A stretch of 64,000 nt of DNA from contig CBDEVI010000002.1 of the NCBI GenBank assembly GCA_965243625.1, forward strand, positions 1,839,751 through 1,903,750, in the 5' to 3' direction. A program made the position numbers and the translations under genes. Positions 9,040-17,845 of this stretch are shown in pieces (position 1 is the stretch's first letter; each line of letters opens with the position of its first letter). The notes below the pieces were generated by a model. It searched no databases and had not been told where the DNA came from. It worked only from the letters and a program-made list of their open reading frames with translations. The stretch is from Chloroflexota bacterium. Lineage in GTDB: Bacteria; Chloroflexota; UBA11872.

Positions 9040-9420
9040 ATGGGAATCCAGCGCATCAACCCGGACAGCATGTCCGCGCCGATTGCTCCTTACACGCTCG
9101 TGGTCCGCAAGAACAACATCGTGACGACCGCCGGCATGCTGGGCCTCGACGCCGACGGCAAGCTGGTGGGTGACGACATCACCTCACAGACGCGGCAGAC
9201 GCTCGAGAACGTCAAGACCGCGCTCGCGGCCGCCGGGGCGACGCTCGAAGACGTGGTGAAGGTGACGGTGTTCATCACCGACATCGCCAATTTCTCCGGC
9301 ATGAACGAGGTTTACATCGAATACTTCGGCGACCTCAAGCCCGCGCGCTCGACGGTGGGCGTGGAATTGGCACTGCCGGGCGGCCTGGTGGAAATCGAGG
9401 CGACGGCGGTGCTCGACTAG
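9040..9420 (+). CDS. RidA/YjgF/TdcF family reactive-intermediate (enamine/imine) deaminase
   Basis: 126 aa: '...APYTLVV...NIVTTAGMLGLDADGKLVGDDITSQTRQTLENVKTALAAAGATLEDVVKVTVFITDIANFSGMNEVYIEYFGD..ARSTVGV..LPGGLVEIEATAVL' is a canonical RidA. Confidence 0.85.
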   Translation: MGIQRINPDSMSAPIAPYTLVVRKNNIVTTAGMLGLDADGKLVGDDITSQTRQTLENVKTALAAAGATLEDVVKVTVFITDIANFSGMNEVYIEYFGDLKPARSTVGVELALPGGLVEIEATAVLD

Positions 9421-9496
9421 CGGACGAGGGACTAGCCGCGGCGCCCGAAAGTTCTGTCGAACGGATAGTTCGCGCAGGGGACTAGGTTCCGCTCGT

Positions 9497-9565
9497 GGTG
9501 AGCCCTTCGGCAGGCTCAGGACAGGCTCCGTCGAACCACGCCCTTCGACAAGCTCAGGGCAAACG
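9497..9565. repeat. Two tandem degenerate copies of a short 'CCCTTCG[GA]CA[AG]GCTCAGG[AG]CA' repeat ('PFDKLRA'-peptide family)
   Basis: 'gagCCCTTCGGCAGGCTCAGGACAGGctccgtcgaaccacgCCCTTCGACAAGCTCAGGGCAAAcgg'. A related copy lies at ~17.07 kb ('gcccttcgaccggccgcagcggcatgcccgg'). Confidence 0.4.
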
Positions 9566-9600
9566 GATTCGGAGCGATATGGGCTGTGGAGCTCGCTTGT

Positions 9601-10314
9601 TCAAGGGTTCTCTAGCTGACGGGATTTACCGCGCCGTCCGATCCATTCGCTCAGGCGCGCCGCCGGGCCCCTGACAAGCGGCGCCAGGCGCCGGCGAAAG
9701 CGGAGCATCACGAGAACCGCAAGAACGCCACCGACGGCGGCGCCCACGATGACCGCCAGCGTCGGGTCCTCCAGCAGGGTCGTCACGAGGTGCTCGACCG
9801 TGTCGCCGAAGGCCCATCCGATGCCCATGTAGAGCAGGGCCCACAGCGAGATTCCGGCGGCCGCGGCGGGCACGAAGCGTCGAAAATCGCCGCGAGCGAC
9901 CCCGGCAATGACGGGGATGATGAGGCGCACGGCCGGCACGACGCGGCCGATCACGACGACCGGGAAGGCACGCCGGGCGAACCAGCGTTCGAGGCGCTCC
10001 AGGTGCGTGGGGCGAATCCGCAGGATTCGTCCGTATCGATCGAGCAACGGTCGGCCGATGCCGCGCGCAATCCAATACTGCACGCTCACGCCCGCCGTGG
10101 CGGAGGCCACCACGGTGCCCATCACCGCCCACGGGTTTGCCTCGCCGCGGTAGACCTGAAACCCCATCGTGACCACGACCACCTCGGCGGAGATCGGCAG
10201 CGGCACGCCGGCGCCCTCGAGACCAACGGCGAGGGCGAGCGCGAGGTATTGGTGATCTTCGAGCAAGGCCAGCAGCAGCTGTCCCTGCTCGGCTACCCAC
10301 TCGACCATGGCCAT
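9601..10314 (-). CDS. DedA/SNARE-associated (TVP38/TMEM64) family inner-membrane protein
   Basis: 237 aa, multi-TM. The family pattern is present: '...LALAVGLEGAGVPLPISAEVVVV...YWIARGIGRPLLDRYG...VIGRVVPAVRLIIPVIAGVARG'. Confidence 0.75.
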   Translation of the reverse strand: MAMVEWVAEQGQLLLALLEDHQYLALALAVGLEGAGVPLPISAEVVVVTMGFQVYRGEANPWAVMGTVVASATAGVSVQYWIARGIGRPLLDRYGRILRIRPTHLERLERWFARRAFPVVVIGRVVPAVRLIIPVIAGVARGDFRRFVPAAAAGISLWALLYMGIGWAFGDTVEHLVTTLLEDPTLAVIVGAAVGGVLAVLVMLRFRRRLAPLVRGPAARLSEWIGRRGKSRQLENP

Positions 10315-10473
10315 CGCACGTTGTGTGGTCCCAGGTCCACGGTAGCAACGAGCGGACCGGCAGTGGGCGGCGAGTGTCGGCCATCACGGTCGCGTTGACG
10401 CTCTATCCGCTGCTGGCCGACAATCGCGGCTCAGAGTGCTCCCGCACCGACCCGACACGGGACGGAGGTTGCG

Positions 10474-11556
10474 ATGGACGTCGGATTGTTCGCCATGCCC
10501 CTGCACCCTCCGGGGTCGAACGTCACCGAGACGCTCGAAAACGACCTCGACATGCTCATCACGCTCGAGAAGCTGGGCTATAGCGAAGCCTGGATCGGGG
10601 AGCACTTCACGACGCAGTGGGAAAACATCCCCGCGCCCGACATTTTCATCGCGCACGCGCTGGCGAAAACCGAGCGCATGAAGTTCGGGACGGGCGTGAC
10701 CTGCATGCCCAACCACAACCCGTTCATGATCGCCCACCGGATCGCCCAGCTCGACCACATGGCCAAGGGCCGCTTCATGTGGGGTGTGGGGTCCGGCGGC
10801 TTCCCCGGAGACTTCGAGGTGTTTGGCTTCGATCCGAAGACGGGCGAGCACCGGGCCATGACGCGCGAAGCCATCGAAACCGTGCTCATGCTCTGGAACG
10901 ACCCGAAGCCGGGGCGCTACCGAACGGCGTTCTGGGACTTCAACATTCCCGAGCCGGACGACCTGATCGGCCTGCGGGTGCACATGGAGCCCTACCAGAA
11001 GCCGCATCCTCCGATCGGGGTAGCCGGAGTGTCGGAAAACTCGGGCACGCTGACGCTGGCGGGCGCGCGCGGGTGGATTCCGATGAGCATCAACCTGGTG
11101 CCGACGCGCGTGATCAAGACGCACTGGGAATCGGTGGAGGAGGGCGCGCTGGAGGCCGGCCGAACGCCCGACCGGTCGCAGTGGCGCATCGCGCGCGAGG
11201 TCTACATCGCCGAAACCACCGAGAAGGCGCGGAAAGAAGCCCTGGAAGGCACGCTGGCCCGCGATTTCCGCCACTACTTCCTGCACATCATGCCGAAGGT
11301 GCGCATGCTGGACGCGATGAAGATCGACACGGACATGCCCGACTCCGACGTGACGGTGGAGTACCTGGTGGACAACGTCTTCATCGTGGGCAGCCCGGAC
11401 GACGTCACCGCCAAGCTGCAGAAGCTCTACGACGACGTGGGCGGGTTTGGCGTGCTGCTGGCCATGGCGCACGAGTGGCAGCCGCGCGACCAGTGGGTGC
11501 AGTCGATGACGCTGCTGGTGGACGAGGTGATGCCGCGGTTAAATGGGGCGAGCTAG
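10474..11556 (+). CDS. LLM-class (luciferase-like) flavin-dependent monooxygenase/oxidoreductase
   Basis: 360 aa TIM-barrel family: 'MDVGLFAMPLHPPGS...LEKLGYSEAWIGEHFTTQWENIPAPDIFIAHALAKTERMKFGTGVTCMPNHNPF'. Confidence 0.85.
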   Translation: MDVGLFAMPLHPPGSNVTETLENDLDMLITLEKLGYSEAWIGEHFTTQWENIPAPDIFIAHALAKTERMKFGTGVTCMPNHNPFMIAHRIAQLDHMAKGRFMWGVGSGGFPGDFEVFGFDPKTGEHRAMTREAIETVLMLWNDPKPGRYRTAFWDFNIPEPDDLIGLRVHMEPYQKPHPPIGVAGVSENSGTLTLAGARGWIPMSINLVPTRVIKTHWESVEEGALEAGRTPDRSQWRIAREVYIAETTEKARKEALEGTLARDFRHYFLHIMPKVRMLDAMKIDTDMPDSDVTVEYLVDNVFIVGSPDDVTAKLQKLYDDVGGFGVLLAMAHEWQPRDQWVQSMTLLVDEVMPRLNGAS

Positions 11557-11594
11557 CGGGGAGCTCGCTCGGCACCTGCGATTAGATTGTCCGG

Positions 11595-12680
11595 CTATCC
11601 GCCGATGACGTGCACCGCCTCCGGCGGGATGTGGATGCGCCAGTTGCGGTGGGCGGGGACGTTGAGTACCTGGTAGGGGTGCGCCGGGACGTCGATTTCC
11701 AGGGTTGGCGCGCCGGACGCGGCGTCGTCGACTCGGACAAACAGCGTGTGCGAGAAGCCGAACGCGGCCTCGTCGATGATGGTGACTTGGAAGCGGTTCT
11801 CGCGGTGGGTCGAGGGCCGGTCGGGCCGCTCGAGGATGATCTGCTCAGCGCGAACGGCGAGTTGGACGTGGTCGGGTTGGGGACGGGACTCGGCCTGTGC
11901 CGCGACCATGCCGAGCCCGGTGGCGACCTGCACGCGGCCACCGTCGGCGCCCACGACTCGCCCCGACAGGATGTTCTGGACCCCGAGCAGCTCCGCGGCG
12001 CGCCCGGTGGCGGGACGGTGGAAGACCTCGTCGCGCGGGCCCGCTTGCAGCACGCGCCCGCGATCGATCACCGCCAGCCGGTCGCCCACGTTGTAGGCCT
12101 CGGTGAGGTCGTGGGTGACCATGACCACGCTGAGATCGAGGCGTTGCGCGAGCTGCCGGAGCTCCCGCCGCATGGTGCGTCGGTTGCTCGAGTCGACGGC
12201 CGCGAACGGCTCGTCCAACAGCAGCACCCGAGGCTCACGCACGAGCGCACGCGCCAGGGCCACGCGCTGCGCCTGGCCGCCCGATATGCGCGCCGGCCGG
12301 CGACCCAGCAGGTCGTCCACGCCGAACATGCGCGCGAAGCTCGCCACCCGCTCGCGCCGCTCGGAATGGCGGACATGACCGAGGCCGTAGGCGATATTTT
12401 GCGCCACGGTCAGATGCGGGAAAAGCGCGTAGCTCTGCACCAGATATCCGAGATCGCGCCGTTGCGGAGGCACGTTGACGCCGGCCGAACTGTCGAACAC
12501 GACCCGGTCGTGCAGCGTGATCCGACCCTGGCGGGGCGTGAGGAGTCCGGCGATGGCTTCGAGCGTCAGCGTCTTGCCGGCGCCGGAGTGCCCATAGAGC
12601 ACGGTGATCTCGCGGTCCACGGCAAGGTCGACCGCGAGGTCGAAGCTGCCGACGGTGGTGCGGATGTCGGCCCGAATCAC
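11595..12680 (-). CDS. modC: Molybdate ABC transporter ATP-binding protein ModC (NBD plus C-terminal TOBE/MOP domain)
   Basis: Walker A 'GHSGAGKT', signature 'ISGGQAQRVALARAL' and a C-terminal MOP domain. It is the last gene of a modA-modB-modC run on the minus strand. Confidence 0.85.
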   Translation of the reverse strand: MIRADIRTTVGSFDLAVDLAVDREITVLYGHSGAGKTLTLEAIAGLLTPRQGRITLHDRVVFDSSAGVNVPPQRRDLGYLVQSYALFPHLTVAQNIAYGLGHVRHSERRERVASFARMFGVDDLLGRRPARISGGQAQRVALARALVREPRVLLLDEPFAAVDSSNRRTMRRELRQLAQRLDLSVVMVTHDLTEAYNVGDRLAVIDRGRVLQAGPRDEVFHRPATGRAAELLGVQNILSGRVVGADGGRVQVATGLGMVAAQAESRPQPDHVQLAVRAEQIILERPDRPSTHRENRFQVTIIDEAAFGFSHTLFVRVDDAASGAPTLEIDVPAHPYQVLNVPAHRNWRIHIPPEAVHVIGG

Positions 12681-13537
12681 AGGACCCGTCCTCCGAGCCG
12701 CGCGAGCGCCTTGAACACCAGCAGCCCCGCGAATGCCAGCACGATGAGGACGATGGCGATGGCGAGCGCGGCGTCGATGTCGGTCTCAATGGCTTCGAGG
12801 ATCGCCAGCGGCATCGTCTGGGTGCGGCCGAAGACGTTGCCGGCGAACATGATCGTGGCGCCGAACTCGCCCAGGGCGCGCGCCCAGCACATCACCGCGC
12901 CGCCGATCAGCGACGGCAGGGCCAGGGGCACCGTGACCCGCCGGAAGGTGCGCCATCCGCCGGCACCGAGCGTTGCGGAAACGGCTTCGAGCCGGCGATC
13001 GACGCTCTCGAATCCGGCGCGCGCGGCGCGAATGTAGAACGGCACGGCGACGAAGAGCTGCGCCAGGACCACCGCCCCGGTGGTGAACGCCACGTCCACG
13101 CCGGCGGCGTCCAGCGGGCCGCCGATGACTCCATGGCGACCAAGCGCCACGAGCAGCGCCAGCCCACCGACGACCGGCGGCAACACCACCGGCAGATCGA
13201 TCAGGGTGTCGACGATGCTTCGGCCGGGGAAGGCGTGGCGCGCGAGGAGGTAGGCCGCCGGCGTTCCCAGCACCACGGCCACGGCGACGGCGATGGCCGA
13301 GGTGGCCAGCGAAAGCCACAGCGCGGTGGTGGCCACCGGGCTGCGCAGCGCCGCGAGCACGTCGCCTTCAATGAACCCGCGGGCGATCAATGCCCCCACG
13401 GGAATGCCGATGAAGGCAACGAGGATCGCGGCGGACGCGGCAAGGGCAAGCCTGCTCCACGTGAGGGACTGGGCGCGCCGCATTGCGGAGATTCCTCGGC
13501 GAGTTTCAGCCGGCGGGCCGAAAGCCGTGCGACGCAA
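12677..13537 (-). CDS. modB: Molybdate ABC transporter permease ModB
   Basis: Six-TM MetI-like permease containing '[51 protein letters not shown]'. It overlaps modC by 4 nt (ATGA-type coupling). The real start may be the internal Met at ~13486. Confidence 0.85.
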   Translation of the reverse strand: [286 protein letters not shown]

Positions 13538-14321
13538 GCATGCGCTGGCCGGCCGGCGAATGCACGAAGTCGGTGAAGGCCGTCGCGGCCTCTCGATCGA
13601 CTCCGCGCTTCGTCACCGCGATGGGATAGGGCGCTGCGATTACGGCCTCGGGCGGAAGCGGAATCTCGACCAGCGCGCCGTCGGACGCGAGAACATCGGT
13701 GCGATAGACGAACCCGGCATCCACCACGCCCAGCTCCAGCTTCGCCGCCACGTGGCGAACGTTTTTCTCGAATGAGACCACATTGTCGAGCACGGCCTGC
13801 ACGAATCCGTCGCGTCCAATCGCCGCGACATAGCGTTCCAACGCCGTGCGGGCATAGCGTCCTACGGGTACGTCCGCAATGCCCATTACGAGGCGCACGT
13901 CCGGCGCGGCCAGGTCCGTCACGTCCGCAATCCCACGTGGATTTCCGTCAGGCACGGCGAGCACCAGCGCGTTCTCGGCGAAGGAGCGCGGCGAGGCCGC
14001 CAGCAGACCGGCCGCCTCCAACTGCTGTACGTGCACCTCGTCCGCCGTGGCAACGACATCGGCCGGAGCCCCGCGCTCGATCTGGGCCCGAAGCACCTGC
14101 GAGCCCGCGAAGTTGAGCACCACACGCGAATGGGAGTGAGCTTCCTCGAACTCGCGAGCGATTTCGGTGAAGGCATCGCGCAGGGAGGCCGCGGCATAGA
14201 CGTTGAGCTCCTCATCGCGCGGAGCGACACAGGCGCCGGTCACCAGCACCACCGCGAGGCCGGCCACGGCCGCAGCGCGCCAGATCCCCAGCGAGACCGC
14301 CATACGGCGCCGATCCGCCAT
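13506..14321 (-). CDS. modA: Molybdate ABC transporter substrate-binding lipoprotein ModA
   Basis: 'NVYAAASLRDAFTEIAREFE...RVVLNFAGSQVLRAQIERGAPADVVATAD' is the ModA/PBP2 fold. A lipoprotein signal '...GLAVVLVTGAC' follows the Met at ~14321 or 14303. The track ORF extends to 14426, where its start would share a CATG with the sthA ATG, which is implausible. Confidence 0.8.
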   Translation of the reverse strand: MADRRRMAVSLGIWRAAAVAGLAVVLVTGACVAPRDEELNVYAAASLRDAFTEIAREFEEAHSHSRVVLNFAGSQVLRAQIERGAPADVVATADEVHVQQLEAAGLLAASPRSFAENALVLAVPDGNPRGIADVTDLAAPDVRLVMGIADVPVGRYARTALERYVAAIGRDGFVQAVLDNVVSFEKNVRHVAAKLELGVVDAGFVYRTDVLASDGALVEIPLPPEAVIAAPYPIAVTKRGVDREAATAFTDFVHSPAGQRMLASHGFRPAG

Positions 14322-14424
14322 CGCCAGCGCGCTCAGCCGCTTTGGAACGGTCGCCGCCAAGACTCCCGCGACGATTGTCACGCTACGATGCCTGCGGAAC
14401 TGTTGCGGCAGACGGTTTGTGTAC

Positions 14425-15855
14425 ATGCAGGCAACTCAACGCCCTGGCTCCGGCGGCCCTTCGAACGATAAGCCGCACTACGACATTGTGGTCATCGGCA
14501 CGGGACCGGCGGGACGGCGCGCAGCGATTCAGGCCGCCAAAGGCGGCAAGCGCGTAGCCGCGGTCGATCGCCAGCGCTACGTCGGCGGCCAGGCGGTACA
14601 TCGGGGCACCATTCCCTCGAAGACCCTGCGCGAGGCCGTGATCCACGTGACCGGCATCGGCCAGCGGTCGTTCTACGGCGAGTCCTACCGCGTGATGGCC
14701 GACGTGACCATGCACGATCTGCTGCTGCGCACGGCCCAGGTCGTTCAGGCCGAGGTGGACGTGGTCCGCGACGGGTTCTTGCGCAACGACGTGGAGCTGC
14801 TCAACGGCGTCGCGCACTTCGTCGACCCCCACATGCTCGCGATTCATACCGAGAACTCCATCATCGAGGTTCGCGCCGACAAGGTCATTTTGGCGACCGG
14901 GTCGAACCCGTCGCGGCCGGCGCACATCCCCTTCGACCAGGAGCGGGTCGTCGACAGCGACGGAATCCTGGACCTGCCAAGGATTCCAAAGTCGCTGACC
15001 GTGGTGGGCGGCGGAATCATCGGCACGGAGTACGCCAGCATCTTCGCCACGCTCGGCGTCGCGGTGACGCTGATCGACGGGCGCAAGGAACTGCTCGACA
15101 TCGTCGACGAGGAGATCGGCGAAGCGCTCAAATTCCGCATGCGTGAAGACGGCATCACCATGCGCCTCGGGCACCGGGTGGAGAACGTGGAGTTCGACGC
15201 CAGAGGCCGTCCGGTCACGGTGCTCGAAACCGGCGCCCGCACGGTCAGCGACGTGGTGATGTACTCCATCGGACGGCGCGGCGCCACGGGACTGCTGAAT
15301 CTGGACGCGGCCGGGCTGGCCGCCGACGACCGCGGACGGGTGAAGGTCAACAAATTCTTCCAGACGGAGTTGGAGCACGTCTACGCCGTGGGCGACGTGA
15401 TCGGACAGCCCGCGCTCGCGTCCACGTCGGCCGAGCAGGGCCGCCTGGCCGCGCGCCATGCTTTGGGTTTGGACTGCCCCAGCATCGACGACGAGCTGCC
15501 CATCGGCATCTACACCATTCCCGAGATCGCCCTGGTCGGAAAGACCGAAGAGCAGCTCACGATGGAGGGGGCGGCCTACGAAAGCGGCGTGGCGCGCTAC
15601 AAGGAGATTGCGCGGGGCGCGATCATCGGTGACGACTTCGGCATTCTGAAGCTGCTGTTCGATCCCGACACGCGCAAGGTGCTGGGCGTCCATATCTTCG
15701 GCAACCAGGCCAGCGAGCTGCTGCACATCGGCCAGGCGGTGATGCAACTCGAGGGCACCATCGACTACTTCGTGGAAACGATCTTCAACTATCCGACGTT
15801 CGCCGAGGCCTACAAGGTCGCCGGACTGAACGGGGTCAACAAGCTGGTCCGGTAG
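14425..15855 (+). CDS. sthA: Soluble pyridine nucleotide transhydrogenase SthA/UdhA (FAD-dependent disulfide oxidoreductase family)
   Basis: 'YDIVVIGTGPAGRRAAIQAAKGGKRVAAVDRQRYVGGQAVHRGTIPSKTLREAV' is the FAD-binding fold. It also has an NAD-binding GGG motif and a C-terminal dimerisation domain, giving ~477 aa from the ATG at ~14425. Confidence 0.85.
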   Translation: MQATQRPGSGGPSNDKPHYDIVVIGTGPAGRRAAIQAAKGGKRVAAVDRQRYVGGQAVHRGTIPSKTLREAVIHVTGIGQRSFYGESYRVMADVTMHDLLLRTAQVVQAEVDVVRDGFLRNDVELLNGVAHFVDPHMLAIHTENSIIEVRADKVILATGSNPSRPAHIPFDQERVVDSDGILDLPRIPKSLTVVGGGIIGTEYASIFATLGVAVTLIDGRKELLDIVDEEIGEALKFRMREDGITMRLGHRVENVEFDARGRPVTVLETGARTVSDVVMYSIGRRGATGLLNLDAAGLAADDRGRVKVNKFFQTELEHVYAVGDVIGQPALASTSAEQGRLAARHALGLDCPSIDDELPIGIYTIPEIALVGKTEEQLTMEGAAYESGVARYKEIARGAIIGDDFGILKLLFDPDTRKVLGVHIFGNQASELLHIGQAVMQLEGTIDYFVETIFNYPTFAEAYKVAGLNGVNKLVR

Positions 15856-15927
15856 ACCACGCGGCGCGTTGGGGCAACTGCCAGTGGCACTATGGGCTGT
15901 TCCCATTCGCCGTCAAGGTCATCCCCC

Positions 15928-16989
15928 ATGTCGGAGCCTGCCAACACCCCCGCCGCCGAACGACGCCGCATCCTGACCGGCCTGCGCCCCTCGGGGCCGT
16001 CACACGTGGGCCACTACGCCGGGGCGTTTTCGCAGTGGCTGGAGCTGCAGGACGAGTACGAATCGTTCTTCCTGCTGGCGGACTACCAGGTTTCGGACTA
16101 CGCCGACAACCTCCCCTGGATTCGTTGGGGGCTCTGGGAAGTGACGCTGGACTGGCTGGGCGTCGGGCTGGATCCGGACAAGTCGCACTTCGTCATCGAG
16201 AGCGGTGTGCCGGAGTTTGCCGAGCTCACGCTGCACCTGAGCTGGTTTCTGGGGCTGGGCCACCTGCAGCGCAATCCAACGCTGAAGGCCGAGCTGGCGG
16301 ACCTGGAAGCGACGACCAAGTCGGTTCCCGTGGCCTTCTTCAACTACCCCGTCATGCAGATCGCCAACATCCTGCTGCCGCTGGCGCACCTGGTGCCGGT
16401 GGGCGACGACCAGCTGCCGCACATCGAGATGACGCGCGACGTCGCCATCCGCTTCAACCGGCGATTCGGGGACACGTTCGTGGTGCCCGAGGCGCGGATC
16501 GGCGCGGTGCCGCGACTGGTCGGCATCGACGGCAAGGGCAAGATGGGCACGTCGGCCGGCAACGCGATCTTTCTCAAGGACTCCGAGGAGACGCTGCGGG
16601 CCAAGGTGCGCAGCATGTTCACCGATCCCAAGCGGCTGCGAGCCACCGATCCGGGCACCGTGGAGGGAAATCCGGTGTTCATGTATCACGACGCCTTCAA
16701 TCCGAATACGGACGAGGTGGACGACCTGAAGGCACGCTATCGGACCGGACGGGTGGGCGACGTCGAGGTCAAGGACCGGCTGTTCGACGCCATGAACGCC
16801 CTCTTGGCGCCGATCCGCGACCGGCGCGAGCACTGGGCGGCGCGTCCCGACGACGTGCGGGACGTACTGGCGGCGGGGACAGCCGCGACCAAGCGCCGCG
16901 GCGAGGCGCTGGTGGAGCAAGTCCGCACGGCGCTCAGCCTCGACTACTTGGCCGACGGTCCGCCCCCTCCGCCGGAGGGCGCGCCGTAG
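15928..16989 (+). CDS. trpS: Tryptophan--tRNA ligase (class I aaRS)
   Basis: HIGH-type motif 'PSGPSHVGHYAG', KMSKS-type 'KMGTSAGNAI' and the TrpRS core 'FFLLADYQV'. ~354 aa from the Met at 15928; the track ORF starts at 15892. Confidence 0.85.
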   Translation: MSEPANTPAAERRRILTGLRPSGPSHVGHYAGAFSQWLELQDEYESFFLLADYQVSDYADNLPWIRWGLWEVTLDWLGVGLDPDKSHFVIESGVPEFAELTLHLSWFLGLGHLQRNPTLKAELADLEATTKSVPVAFFNYPVMQIANILLPLAHLVPVGDDQLPHIEMTRDVAIRFNRRFGDTFVVPEARIGAVPRLVGIDGKGKMGTSAGNAIFLKDSEETLRAKVRSMFTDPKRLRATDPGTVEGNPVFMYHDAFNPNTDEVDDLKARYRTGRVGDVEVKDRLFDAMNALLAPIRDRREHWAARPDDVRDVLAAGTAATKRRGEALVEQVRTALSLDYLADGPPPPPEGAP

Positions 16990-16999
16990 GGTAGTGCGG

Positions 17000-17150
17000 C
17001 AAATGTGTCCGTCATTCCGGCGAAAGCCGGAATCCAGGTCTGCGCCTCGCGGGCAACGTGCCCTTCGACCGGCCGCAGCGGCATGCCCGGGCCCAGCGGT
17101 GGGACTGCCGCTCTATTTCGGCCACGGGGCCGACCGGCTGGTTCGGATGG
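17000..17150. repeat. Composite MITE/REP-like repeat (hairpin GTCATTCCGGCGAAAGCCGGAATCCAG plus a 'CCCTTCGACCGGCCGCAGCGGCATGCCCGG' module)
   Basis: Same palindrome family as at 1661-1687. The first 51 codons of track ORF 17005..17601 ('MSVIPAKAGIQV...') come from this repeat and are not part of the NUDIX protein. Confidence 0.55.
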
Positions 17151-17157
17151 CGCCCTG

Positions 17158-17601
17158 ATGTCTGAGAAGCGAAAGTCCCGGTCCCGCATACGCCCGGTCG
17201 CGCTGGCGGTCATTCGCGACGGTTCGCGCCTGCTGGTGCGGCGGTACACCGCGCCCGACGGCGACCGCTACTACCGACCGCTGGGCGGCGCGATCGAGTT
17301 TGGCGAGCGGGCGGCGCTGGCCGTCAAGCGAGAGATCCTGGAGGAGATCGAGGCGGAAATCGAGCACGTGCGGCATCTGACCACCGTCGAAAACATCTTC
17401 GAGCGGGACGGTGAGCACGCGCACCAGATCGAGTTTCTCTTCGAGGCGCAGTTCGTGGATCGGTCGCTCTACCGCGCCGAGCTGATCAATGGGACGGAGT
17501 CGAGCGGCAATCGCATCGAGGCCGTGTGGCTCGACCTCGCCGAGCCGCTCGACGGCCCGCTGTATCCCTCGGGTTTGCGGGAAATGCTGGCGACGGACTA
17601 A
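17158..17601 (+). CDS. NUDIX hydrolase
   Basis: Nudix box 'LGGAIEFGERAALAVKREILEEIEAEI' (GX5EX7REUXEEXGU pattern). ~147 aa from the Met at 17158. Confidence 0.8.
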   Translation: MSEKRKSRSRIRPVALAVIRDGSRLLVRRYTAPDGDRYYRPLGGAIEFGERAALAVKREILEEIEAEIEHVRHLTTVENIFERDGEHAHQIEFLFEAQFVDRSLYRAELINGTESSGNRIEAVWLDLAEPLDGPLYPSGLREMLATD

Positions 17602-17830
17602 CGGCGCCAAACGAGTTGGCGAAGGCCCGCAAAGCCCACTGATCAACTCGCCGCTGGAATCGTCCGCCAACGGCTTTCGATTTCGCGAAATCCCGTCATC
17701 GGGCAGCGGACCATCGGGTACCCTTTGAGGCGCCTTTCGCGTGCCGCGGCCGAGGCGGCGTGTCTCGTTCGCCGCGTGACGGGCGCACCCGGGGAAGACT
17801 GACGATGCCCCTCCCCCGGCCTCCACTCTC

Positions 17831-17836
17831 AAGGAG
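17831..17836 (+). promoter_or_regulatory. Shine-Dalgarno AAGGAG for the transketolase-like gene
   Basis: 'ctcAAGGAGcagcgattgATGgcg'. The spacer is ~9 nt to the ATG at 17846, or 6 nt to the in-frame TTG at 17843. Confidence 0.45.
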
Positions 17837-17845
17837 CAGCGATTG

